A stretch of DNA of 32,000 nt from Candidatus Electrothrix yaqonensis (GTDB lineage Bacteria > Desulfobacterota > Desulfobulbia > Desulfobulbales > Desulfobulbaceae), in NCBI GenBank assembly GCA_047651235.1, contig CP178758.1, forward strand, positions 780,001-812,000, read 5' to 3'. Positions 1-8,296 of the stretch are shown here, piece after piece. The translations under genes and the position numbers were made by a program. The notes beneath the pieces were generated by a model. That model did no database searches, had not been told where the DNA came from, and was given only the letters and a program-made list of their open reading frames with translations. How positions within the stretch are numbered: the first letter of the stretch is position 1; every line of letters starts with the position of its first letter.

Positions 1-69
1 TTTTTGCGGTCCCAGTGCAGAAAGAAGAAAAGGCTTGTCTATCTGTTGCTTAAAAGCTACCATTACAGC

Positions 70-429
70 ATGGATACGTCAAAGATCGAATTGCTTGAGT
101 ATGTCAGTGATGACGGAAAGAATATTTTTCGGACATGGCTCCGCAAACTGAAAGACAGCACAGCAAGAGCGCGAATTCGAGTTCGATTGAACAGAGTCAG
201 GCTGGGCAATTTCGGCGATTGCAAGTCTGTCGGGAAGGGTGTCAGTGAACTGAGGATTGATTACGGCCCCGGCTACCGTGTTTACTTCGGAAAAAGCGAG
301 GCAGCCGCAGCATTCCGACAGGGGACGGACCTCGGCAACGGGCAGCCGACCGCATCTTTTGGTTCTGCCCAGACAGCGGGACAATATATTTCGTTTTTTT
401 CTCATATGTGCAGAATACGTTACAGGTAA
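70..429 (+). pseudogene. RelE/ParE-superfamily toxin (addiction-module killer, HigB-like), C-terminus aberrant
   Basis: ATG at 70 lies inside ORF 4..429. [27 protein letters not shown]...[21 protein letters not shown] fits the family consensus up to about nt 294. The expected LLxGGxKxxQ tail is then replaced by unrelated Ala/Gly-rich sequence. No antitoxin gene follows. Confidence 0.5.
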
Positions 430-587
430 AATATTAGGCGAAACGAACTTTTCTTCCTGTCAACATCTTTTACAAGGATTTTTCCGGAAAATCAAGTATG
501 AATTTACCTGAATACCGACTGTATCGGCTGCATCCACGACAACCGGATCCCGGCAGCTTTTCCAGATAGCAAGTCTTTCTAACTTCC

Positions 588-1622
588 TAGACCTCCTGCA
601 GAACTGCCTGTTCTTCTCAGGCGGTGAGGTTTTTCCCTTTTTCAAAATTTTCCGCTTCAGGCAGCTTTCTTCATTTTCCGTGCCGCAACCTTCATATTCA
701 CTATGCCGGATATGATATTTTTCTTTATATTATGGCCTTTAAGCCTGTTCCGGTATGTTTCCGACATGATTTTAAATACCTTCACCTCTCTTATGACATG
801 CTCAACTTTGATACGTTTTTTCGATAAATCAAGATTATATGCCTTCTGTTCGGCGGTCAGTTCACCGTTCCGGGGCTTTTTAAAGGGAATTTCGGCGCGC
901 CGGTCATATGCCGCGATTCCCTGATATCCGCTGTCGGCCTTCTTCGGAATACCGTGAAAACGCTCCCGCCCCTTCTGTTCCTTATATATCCTGAAATCAT
1001 GAACACTTCCGGGATACGACGCCGAAACCGAAAAAATCCGTCCGTCGGGACCGGCGGTAAACTGCGTTCCGAGCGTGTGTTTTCCCTTCTTTCCGCTGTA
1101 ATACTTCTTCTGTCCTTTCTTCAGGCGCTGAACCGGCTGTTCCGTCGCATCGATTATCAGGTATTCCGCATCTTCCCGTGTGATTTCACGCTTTTTTTCA
1201 ATATGAATCACCCGTACCGCGATTTTTTCCATCCGTTTCACTGCGCGCATCACCGTCGTCTCATCGGAATCGAAGAAAAAACTGAGGAACTCATATGTCA
1301 CGTAACAACGGTAATAGATAAGCGAAGACTTCGCAGGAGCATGGCGAGAAGGTGGTTTTCAGCTCCTTCCAAGTTGTGCTTTCTCCCGCCCTTTTCAAAA
1401 TTATCTCTCCGCTCTTCCCATAAAGGGCGGATCTTTTCCGTCATTCCGTTGAAAAGATCAATATCGACACCGGTCAGACGGCGGAATGTTTCAGGGCGGC
1501 GGGAGAGTTTTTCGAATGTGAGCATGATTTTCAGACCTCCGGGGTTGATAATCGAAAAAGTGACCGAAAAAATATCAGCATCCGCCGTTTCTGTCAAATC
1601 ACCAAGTTTTGCAGGAGGTCTA
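588..1622 (-). mobile_element. Insertion sequence of about 1.03 kb (DDE_Tnp_4 / IS5-superfamily type) with terminal inverted repeats
   Basis: Perfect 13-nt TIRs TAGACCTCCTGCA (588-600) and TGCAGGAGGTCTA (1610-1622) bracket the transposase reading frames. Confidence 0.7.
657..1525 (-). pseudogene. DDE_Tnp_4-type transposase, frameshifted
   Basis: ORFs 1298..1672 and 657..1301. The likely true start is ATG at 1525, preceded by GGAGG (MLTFEKLSRRPETFRRLTGV, HTH_Tnp_4-like). The C-terminal half has a DDE_Tnp_4-like YYSGKKGKHTLGTQ...GSVHDFRIYK. The frame switches near 1300-1320: LLAMLLRS... is followed in another frame by YYRCYVTYEFLSFFF. Confidence 0.7.
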
Positions 1623-1842
1623 ATAACTACGGGATTCAAAGCCGTCCTGACGGAACAGCGGCATAATTCCACTTCGGCAGAAACTCGTCGAATTGAATTT
1701 TCATATTTTCTTTACTTCTACTTTGGCACTCACAAAGGCTGTGGTAATAATTTGCAATTCCGTTGTTTCTCATATGCGAAATCAATCGAAGCTTGCCTCT
1801 TTTCATGCCGTTGACAAAGCTGTCTTATAACTTCATCTTCGT

Positions 1843-3148
1843 TTACATCTCGACGTGGAAAATTGACTTGAGTAATGTTGTTATATCAGCGCAACTCAAT
1901 AACGGGACACCGACTTGATGGTATAATCGTTGCTCGACCATAAACAACATGGCCATCATGACCATAGTCATATGATGATGCCAAGCCAGCCATCCCCGAG
2001 CCTGATAATCACCCATTCCACATTCATTTTTTGCATCCTGAAATGGCCGTTCAACCCAATATCGTTGAGCTTGCATATATGCAAGTCGTCTTGTTGACGT
2101 GTTACTTTCCGCATTACTTAGGCTATATTTAATTTTTTTCGGGGACTTAACCTCATGTCTGACAACTAAATGCCATTTTCTTGCTTCAGCCTCTTTACCG
2201 TCCCATAGCCACTTCCCTATGCAGAATATCCACAATGAGTTTGCCTTTGGTCGTATTTCGAACTTTCACCCGTTTCCATGCATTATTAAGTTGTTGCATC
2301 ACCCATTTATCAACACGTATGCCTTCTTTTTGTGCTTCGAGCTTGCTCGGGCGTTTCCCTTTGTTCGATTTTGCTTTTGGAACGACAGGGTTGGGATCTT
2401 CAATATAAATTATAAATTATTTGGTCTTTATGAACATCTGCCATGAACTTTTCATCGTTATTATCAAGTTTCCGAAGAAATTGAGAATTCTTCCCGTAAA
2501 AACCATCACAACCCACCCAGTTAAAACGAACGCCATTCTTTCGCGCATGGAAGACCATGTCAAGAGCCTGTTCATGCTTTGTTTTGAAAACAATTTTGTC
2601 GGCGGGAATCTTAGCCTTAAGACAACGTTCCTTGTCATCCGTCCAGCTTTTCGGTAAATACAGCCGACAGTCGATCGGCGTTGAAAAGCGACCATATCCC
2701 AAAGTTGCAAACACTACTACTTGACAGTTGTCGGTTTTACCAAGCTGCCCGCACCATTGACGAGAAACCCCAACAGACATTTTACCCTTTTTGGGTATCC
2801 CGGATTCATCAATAAAAAGAGCGCTATCTTCCTTTCCTCCAAAAATGTTATCCGCATCTTTAGCTACGTGGTTGTTTACAGGACGCCAATCCCAGTTCGA
2901 TTCGGAAAGAAAATACTGGAGGGGCTCATATTTAACGCCCGGAACCTTTTCCTCCATACGTTCCATGTTTTTTTGTCAGACTGGAATAAACCTTTCAAGT
3001 ATTGGAATGCTTTATCTGACAAACTTACCGTATGTCTCTTAAAAAAATGATGATATCTTTCGTGAAAAGACGTAAGTTGCCGGGCGATGCCGGTCAACTC
3101 AAAGAATTTGTCATGGGGACTTCTTTTTTCGGGGCTGGGAGCGTTCAT
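1843..3148 (-). pseudogene. IS701-family DDE transposase, at least 3 frameshifts
   Basis: Three minus-strand ORFs (2876..3148, 2400..2966, 1843..2235) plus an unlisted segment at 2236-2400 (YIEDPNPVVPKAKSNKGKRPSKLEAQKEGIRVDKWV...) read as one transposase when joined. Motifs: FIDESGIPKKGKMSVGVSRQWCGQLGK, WLWDG...KWHLVVRHE...IKYSLSNA, RLAYMQAQRYWVERPFQDAKNECGMGDYQARGWLAWHHHM. Confidence 0.75.
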
Positions 3149-3336
3149 AAAAAGAATAAAGTTATAATCAGGGCGATTGACGGGTATTTTTTTGATAGCT
3201 GTTATCAGGTGCTAGCTTGATCAAAAAGCGATAAAATTTTCCTAATGAAAGATACAACTTTATCCGGATATTGCAAGAAGTTTTTACAAATAGATCAAAA
3301 GGTTATGGTTGACAAAGTAGAATTAGGCTCAGGATT

Positions 3337-3496
3337 ATGGGAGATCTGATCCGCAAAAGTCATAATGTATCGTTGCTGATGTATCATGTATCATTTCGTC
3401 TGCGTAGCCAAGTATCGGCGTTTTGTGATCACGGAGGAAGCGGATGAGGTTCTTCAGTCTGTTTGCACCTCGGCATTGACAGGCTCCGCAGAATAA
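3337..3496 (+). pseudogene. tnpA: IS200/IS605-family tnpA (Y1 transposase) N-terminal fragment, frameshifted and truncated
   Basis: Not in the ORF track. ATG 3337 gives MGDLIRKSHNVSLLMYH. After a frame change it continues FVCVAKYRRFVITEEADEVLQSVC and then stops at 3494-3496. This matches the conserved RKSHNVxxLxYHxVxxxKYRRxV start of IS200 TnpA. Confidence 0.7.
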
Positions 3497-3593
3497 GCAA
3501 AAATGGTCGTTTTTACACAGCAGATTCAAATCATCGAATTTATCAGCTCCACAGAGTAAAGGAAAAAGAAAAGGCTAAAAACGAGGAAGAATA

Positions 3594-4193
3594 ATGAAAA
3601 TTATATGCGTCTCAGCAAGTCCGAGAGAAAACAAGTCCACCCGTTTTCTGCTGGAACAATCTCTTGATTCAGTCCGACGGACAGCAGAAGAATCAGGAAG
3701 TGACATCGAAACGGAACTGATCGATCTTGCCCCGCTGCAGTTTCAGGGCTGCATTGCCTGTGATGCCTGTAAAAAAGGCGTCCTGTGCAGTCTGCAAGAT
3801 GATTACCAGGACATCATCCCGAAGCTCGCCGACCCGGAAATGGTCGGACTCATCATGGCAACGCCTGTATATATGGGCTGCATGTCCAGTCAGGCCAAGG
3901 CGTTTCTGGACCGGACTGTCGTCTTCCGGCGGAACGGTTTTATGCTGAGGAATAAACTCGGCGGCGTGATCGCGGTGGGCGGCTCACGGAACGGAGGCCA
4001 GGAGCTGACTGTGCAGGCTGTTCATGCGGCCATGATGATTCATGATATGATTCTTGTCGGTGACGGTGACCATTTCGGCGGTGCTGCCTGGGGTAACCAT
4101 CCTGACGGGTATCAGCATGATACGACCGGAATTGCCACGGCACGGAATCTCGGCAGGCGCATGGGCGAAGTTGCCGCCATGATGCGGAGATAA
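3594..4193 (+). CDS. Flavodoxin-like iron-sulfur flavoprotein / NADPH-dependent FMN reductase family
   Basis: 199-aa ORF. It has MKIICVSASPR...KST, the Cys cluster CIACDACKKGVLC, and PVYMGCMSSQAKAFLDR...GGSRNGGQE. An AGGAAG RBS lies upstream. Confidence 0.8.
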   Translation: MKIICVSASPRENKSTRFLLEQSLDSVRRTAEESGSDIETELIDLAPLQFQGCIACDACKKGVLCSLQDDYQDIIPKLADPEMVGLIMATPVYMGCMSSQAKAFLDRTVVFRRNGFMLRNKLGGVIAVGGSRNGGQELTVQAVHAAMMIHDMILVGDGDHFGGAAWGNHPDGYQHDTTGIATARNLGRRMGEVAAMMRR

Positions 4194-4296
4194 CCCATGT
4201 ATGATCTTCATTGCGCGATGCTGCAGAGAATGGTAAAACGTGTCGGCATAAAATACTGCAGGCGAAACTTCCCAGTCTATCACGGAACAAGAACAT

Positions 4297-4611
<315 letters not shown>

Positions 4612-5304
4612 GCTCTCGCGGAAGAGGAACCGGACGGAGAATTTATTCATTGCGACGGCAAAACTCTCCGGGGAAGTTTCGATATAGCTGGAGCAGTATA
4701 TTTACCTTCGACGCCCTTCATTGTCAGAAAAAAACTCTTCAGGCCGCCGCTGAAACGGGAAACGATGTGATTGCTCAGGTTAAAAAAAATCAGAAAACTC
4801 TCCTGAACGACTGTGAAAATATCGCGAATACGTCTGTTCCTGATGATGTTTTCACGGAGCCTTTTGAAAAAAAAACGAAACCGTATAGAGAGTCGCAAAG
4901 TGGAAGTTTTTCTGTCCCCGCTGCTTACGGATGCGAAAAAATGGAGTTCGGCCGAAGCCGTCATCAGAATCGATCGATTTCGTCAGGTGTTTGATACAAA
5001 GAAGAAAAAATGGAAAAACACTCATGAGACATCCTTTTATGTTTCAACAGCCGGTTCGGACGCTGAAGAAATATGTCAGGGAATCCTGGGGCATTGGCGG
5101 ATCGAGAATGGAAATCATTATGTTCGGGATGTTTCTATGGGCGAAGACCGCTCCCGAATTCGTTGCAATCCGCACATATTTGCGAAACTGAGAAGCTTTG
5201 CTCTCAATATTCTTCGTAAGAACAAGGTGAAGAATGTCAGCCGGGAGCTTTTCAGGAACTGTATGGATATAAATCGTCTGTTTGATTACGCCGGGATTTT
5301 CTAG
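4612..5304 (+). pseudogene. ISAs1-family transposase remnant: 5'-truncated, internally deleted, frameshifted
   Basis: [10 protein letters not shown], then [12 protein letters not shown]...VKKNQKTL, then RIESRKVEVF...FYVSTAG...ILGHWRIENGNHYVRDVSMGEDRSRIR. About 100 aa are missing between GSFD and FDALHCQKK. The frame switches at an A9 run (4867-4875). Confidence 0.75.
4685..4700. repeat. Solo copy of the IS630/MITE terminal repeat TAGCTGGAGCAGTATA
   Basis: 16 nt identical to the right TIR (reverse complement) of the MITE at 25231-25333. It sits exactly at the internal deletion junction of the ISAs1 remnant. Confidence 0.55.
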
Positions 5305-5350
5305 AATTGAACAGCCCAGGGGGGTGCAGACAGGAAGGAAAGGAAGGAAT

Positions 5351-5384
5351 ACGGGTATACCGGCAGAAAACGCGGCATACCCGT
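5351..5384 (-). terminator. Stem-loop downstream of the 5398..5910 gene
   Basis: ACGGGTAT (5351-5358) pairs perfectly with ATACCCGT (5377-5384), with 3 further inner pairs. No clear U-tract on the minus strand. Confidence 0.35.
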
Positions 5385-5397
5385 GAGTCGGTCGGTT

Positions 5398-5910
5398 TTA
5401 GTACTTGTAATAGTACTCTTTGTAATTCGAGTTGTAGTCCGAGTTATAGTATTCTTTGTACCTTTTGTGCATAGGCTTCCGGTCGTATTTGGTGCATCGG
5501 CTGCCGACCCAGTTTACAAGATGATCCCAGTGTCTGGGAGAAAGTCTTTTTCCATGTCCGATTTTCCGGAAGGTATCGGCGAGATAGAGCATCACGCCTC
5601 TAGCTGTTGCTTTACCGTACCAGCCGTCGATAGGGCCGGAGCAGTAACCCAGCGCAGTCAGCATGCACTGCAGCTTTTTCACCTGCTGGCGTTTATGCCG
5701 TCGCGGACCGGGAAAACCGTCCCGATACTTCAGACCGGAAAACTGATCATCCATAATCTGTGGTCGCGGCTGCGGCGAATAATAGCCGTCCTGACAGGTT
5801 CTGCAGCTGCTGCAGCCGGAGCGGCTGTACCCCGGTCCGGCAAAAACAAAAACGGCCAGCGTGACAACGGCAGCTCCGATCATTCCCTGCAGTATTTTTC
5901 TGTTCTTCAT
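5398..5910 (-). CDS. Secreted protein with a peptidoglycan-binding-like (PG_binding_1-type) domain and a Tyr-rich C-terminal tail
   Basis: The start is probably MKNRKILQGMIGAAVVTLAVFVFA (signal-peptide-like) at 5910, preceded by AAGAGG. VKKLQCMLTALGYCSGPIDGWYGKATARGV resembles the PG-binding repeat. The tail is KRYKEYYNSDYNSNYKEYYYKY. Confidence 0.6.
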   Translation of the reverse strand: MKNRKILQGMIGAAVVTLAVFVFAGPGYSRSGCSSCRTCQDGYYSPQPRPQIMDDQFSGLKYRDGFPGPRRHKRQQVKKLQCMLTALGYCSGPIDGWYGKATARGVMLYLADTFRKIGHGKRLSPRHWDHLVNWVGSRCTKYDRKPMHKRYKEYYNSDYNSNYKEYYYKY

Positions 5911-6097
5911 TACATAACCTCTTACCATAATTTATAAACATGTTGCATTCCCCGGCAGGAGCGCAACGCCCGTCCTGAAATCGTTCCTGTTTCTGTGTTG
6001 CCTTTATTGTATCTCGTTCAGTGCAATTTCGGTATATTTTCTTTTTTTCGATTTTCCGAAGCATCCGACGTTCCGCTTGCTGCAGGAATACAGAAAA

Positions 6098-6643
6098 TTA
6101 TTTCTTTTTGATCTCTCCAAAAAAACGTCCGATCTCTCCGGCCCAAACCTGATAGCCGCGCGTGGACAGGTGGACACCGTCGTTCAGGAAGCAGGGTTTG
6201 GTCACCGGCAGGCATTGTTCGGTGAACGGCTCTGTCATATCCAGAAAAGAGCAGCTATTCTGTTCCGTCACCTTGCGGAGTTTCCGGTTGGCAGCGGCGA
6301 TGCTTACTTCAGGCAAACCTGAGCCCCGCATCGGCATGATGGAATTTACAGTAACGGTGCTGTCCGGGCACAGGTTGACCAGCCGGGGCAGCATTCCGGC
6401 AAAAATGGAGGAGAAATACAGACTGCCCATCAGGAGATTATTGGTGCCTGACATGAGCAGAATATAATCGGGTTCCTGCACGGCCTCCAGTTCGCAGGCC
6501 AGCCGGGCAGACAGCTCTTCGGTGTGCTCTCCGGCAATGCCGCAGTTGATGACCTGCATGTCCGGCAAAAGCGTTTCCCAGTCGCCCCATTCTACCAAGG
6601 AGTCTCCGATCATCAGCAGGGATTTTTTTGTCTGCCCGTACAT
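6098..6643 (-). CDS. SGNH/GDSL-family hydrolase
   Basis: Block I is LLMIGDSLVEWG, block III is LLMSGTNNL, and block V is NDGVHLSTRGYQVW. Confidence 0.8.
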   Translation of the reverse strand: MYGQTKKSLLMIGDSLVEWGDWETLLPDMQVINCGIAGEHTEELSARLACELEAVQEPDYILLMSGTNNLLMGSLYFSSIFAGMLPRLVNLCPDSTVTVNSIMPMRGSGLPEVSIAAANRKLRKVTEQNSCSFLDMTEPFTEQCLPVTKPCFLNDGVHLSTRGYQVWAGEIGRFFGEIKKK

Positions 6644-7031
6644 TTGTACATTTACTGTTCTATTTTTCAGATGTTTTCAGAAGATCTGCCGGTTTGACTG
6701 ACAGCCTCCCGCTATCATGCCTTCAGACTGAAACTCTGCTATAAGAGGTACAGAATAACAGTCTGAAAGTCAACCATTTTCTCCTGCAATAGTATGAGCA
6801 GATGTCCGGAACAGGCCGGATGAGAGTATGCTGCAGAGTTTCGGTGCCGACCGGTGGATCAACAAAAATGCAGAAAAAATATTCAGCCTCACTGTCACAT
6901 CTTTCTGTCGGCCAGCAACGGAAAATTTTTTCCTGTCTTTTCAGGCATAGGGGCCTTGTTTTGACTGGTCGGAATCTGCCGCAGGCAAAGTACAACTTTG
7001 TGAACCGGTTGACATCGGCACGAATTTCCGG

Positions 7032-7060
7032 TTGAAAAACACTTCGGGATGAGATACAAT
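7032..7060 (+). promoter_or_regulatory. Sigma70-like promoter candidate for folD (TTGAAA-N17-TACAAT)
   Basis: TTGAAA at 7032-7037, a 17-nt spacer, and TACAAT at 7055-7060. This would give a leader of about 150 nt before the folD ATG at 7220. Confidence 0.4.
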
Positions 7061-7147
7061 CGGCATCTCCTGCAACAAGGAGTTACTCTCAATTCATCCG
7101 ATAAAACAACCGGCTGCCCTTGTCTGCCGGTTTGCTGTATGTGAACC

Positions 7148-7185
7148 GAGGATAGAGAGTCAGAGTCAAGTTATCCTCAGTTTTT
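7148..7185 (+). promoter_or_regulatory. Terminator-like hairpin in the folD leader (possible attenuator)
   Basis: GAGGATA (7148-7154) pairs with TATCCTC (7172-7178). AG then TTTTT (7181-7185) follow, about 35 nt before the folD start. A second hairpin is AACCGGC/GCCGGTT at 7108-7132. Confidence 0.3.
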
Positions 7186-7219
7186 CACTTACGGAATATT
7201 TTTTAAAAAAGGAGCAGCC

Positions 7220-8107
7220 ATGAGTGCAAAAATTATCAGCGGGACTGAAACCGCCAAGGAAATACGGGAAGAATTGAAAGCTGAAGTCGCCGGGCTGGCG
7301 GAAAAACATAATGTTGTGCCCGGACTGGTGACCATTCTGGTCGGAGAAGATCCGGCTTCCCAGTCCTATGTGGCGGCCAAGAACAAAACTGCCCATGCTC
7401 TGGGCATTCATTCCGAGCAGGTAACGCTTGATGCTGAAACCAGTGAGGCTGATCTGCTGGCCTTGGTGGAAAAATATAATATTGACGAAAAAATCCACGG
7501 CATTCTGGTCCAGCTGCCCCTACCCAAGCATATTGATGAGGCCAAAGTGCTGAACGCCATCAATCCGGACAAGGATGTGGACGGTTTTCACCCGGTCAAT
7601 GTGGGCCGCATGGTGCTCGGTGAGCAATGCTTCCTGCCCTGCACACCGCACGGGGTGCTGGAGCTGATTCAGCGCAGCGGCGTGGAGACCTCCGGGGCCG
7701 AGGTGGTGGTTGTCGGGCGTTCCAACATTGTGGGCAAGCCGGTGGCCAACCTGATGCTCCAGAAGCGGGAGGCAGGCAACGCCACAGTGACCCTCTGCCA
7801 TACCCGGACTAAAGATATGGATTTTCATACTAAACGGGCAGATATCCTCATTGTTGCCGCCGGAGTGGCCAATATGATCAAGGCGGATCAGGTTAAAGAA
7901 GGCGTGGTGGTGATTGATGTCGGAGTCAACCGTATCGGCATGACTGAATCCGGCAAGGCTAAGCTGGCCGGTGATGTGGAGTTTGACTCTGTCAAGGAAA
8001 AGGCTGCCGCCATTACCCCGGTGCCCGGCGGTGTCGGCCCCATGACCATCACCATGCTGATGAAGAATACCGTGCAGTCCGCCAAGCAGTTTGCCGGACT
8101 GGCGTAA
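7220..8107 (+). CDS. folD: Bifunctional methylene-THF dehydrogenase / methenyl-THF cyclohydrolase
   Basis: 295 aa. Contains ILVGEDPASQSYV, GILVQLPLPKHI, DKDVDGFHP, VVVGRSNIVGKPVA and ITPVPGGVGPMT. An AAGGAG RBS is present. Confidence 0.95.
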   Translation: MSAKIISGTETAKEIREELKAEVAGLAEKHNVVPGLVTILVGEDPASQSYVAAKNKTAHALGIHSEQVTLDAETSEADLLALVEKYNIDEKIHGILVQLPLPKHIDEAKVLNAINPDKDVDGFHPVNVGRMVLGEQCFLPCTPHGVLELIQRSGVETSGAEVVVVGRSNIVGKPVANLMLQKREAGNATVTLCHTRTKDMDFHTKRADILIVAAGVANMIKADQVKEGVVVIDVGVNRIGMTESGKAKLAGDVEFDSVKEKAAAITPVPGGVGPMTITMLMKNTVQSAKQFAGLA

Positions 8108-8133
8108 CGCGGTAACGCGCGGGTGTCGGTGTC

Positions 8134-8162
8134 GTAGGGACACGGCGCGCCGTTGCCCCTAC
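8134..8162. repeat. GC-rich palindromic (REP-like) hairpin just after the folD stop; diverged member of the family at 10299 and 24241
   Basis: GTAGGGACACGGCGCGCCGTTGCCCCTAC is nearly self-complementary. It shares the CGTAGGG...CCCCT frame with the copy at 24241. Confidence 0.5.
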
Positions 8163-8225
8163 AGTTCCGAACCGAAAACGAGGATATTTTTTGAGGAACC
8201 TGCGCTGTAAAGGTATATGAAAGGA

Positions 8226-8253
8226 ACAGGCAACCGTGCAATCCGTTGCCTGT
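8226..8253 (+). terminator. Intercistronic hairpin between folD and cooS
   Basis: ACAGGCAAC (8226-8234) pairs perfectly with GTTGCCTGT (8245-8253). T-rich sequence (TTTCTGTTTTTT) begins only about 8 nt later, so terminator function is uncertain. Confidence 0.3.
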
Positions 8254-8296
8254 GCTCAGATTTCTGTTTTTTAGCTGTTTTTGAGGAGACCGCACT

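Noticed and set aside
954-1814. 286-aa plus-strand ORF
   Set aside because: It is antisense to the DDE_Tnp_4 transposase and spans the IS boundary. It shows no homology signal.
1807-3182. Possible terminal inverted repeats of the IS701-type element (1807-1832 vs 3157-3182)
   Set aside because: Only a 9-nt block (TTATAACTT / AAGTTATAA) matches convincingly and the rest aligns poorly. The element boundaries therefore stay undefined.
7066-7219. THF riboswitch upstream of folD
   Set aside because: I cannot identify the conserved THF-I or THF-II (folE motif) cores by eye. It is kept only as a generic leader/attenuator hypothesis pending covariance-model scanning.
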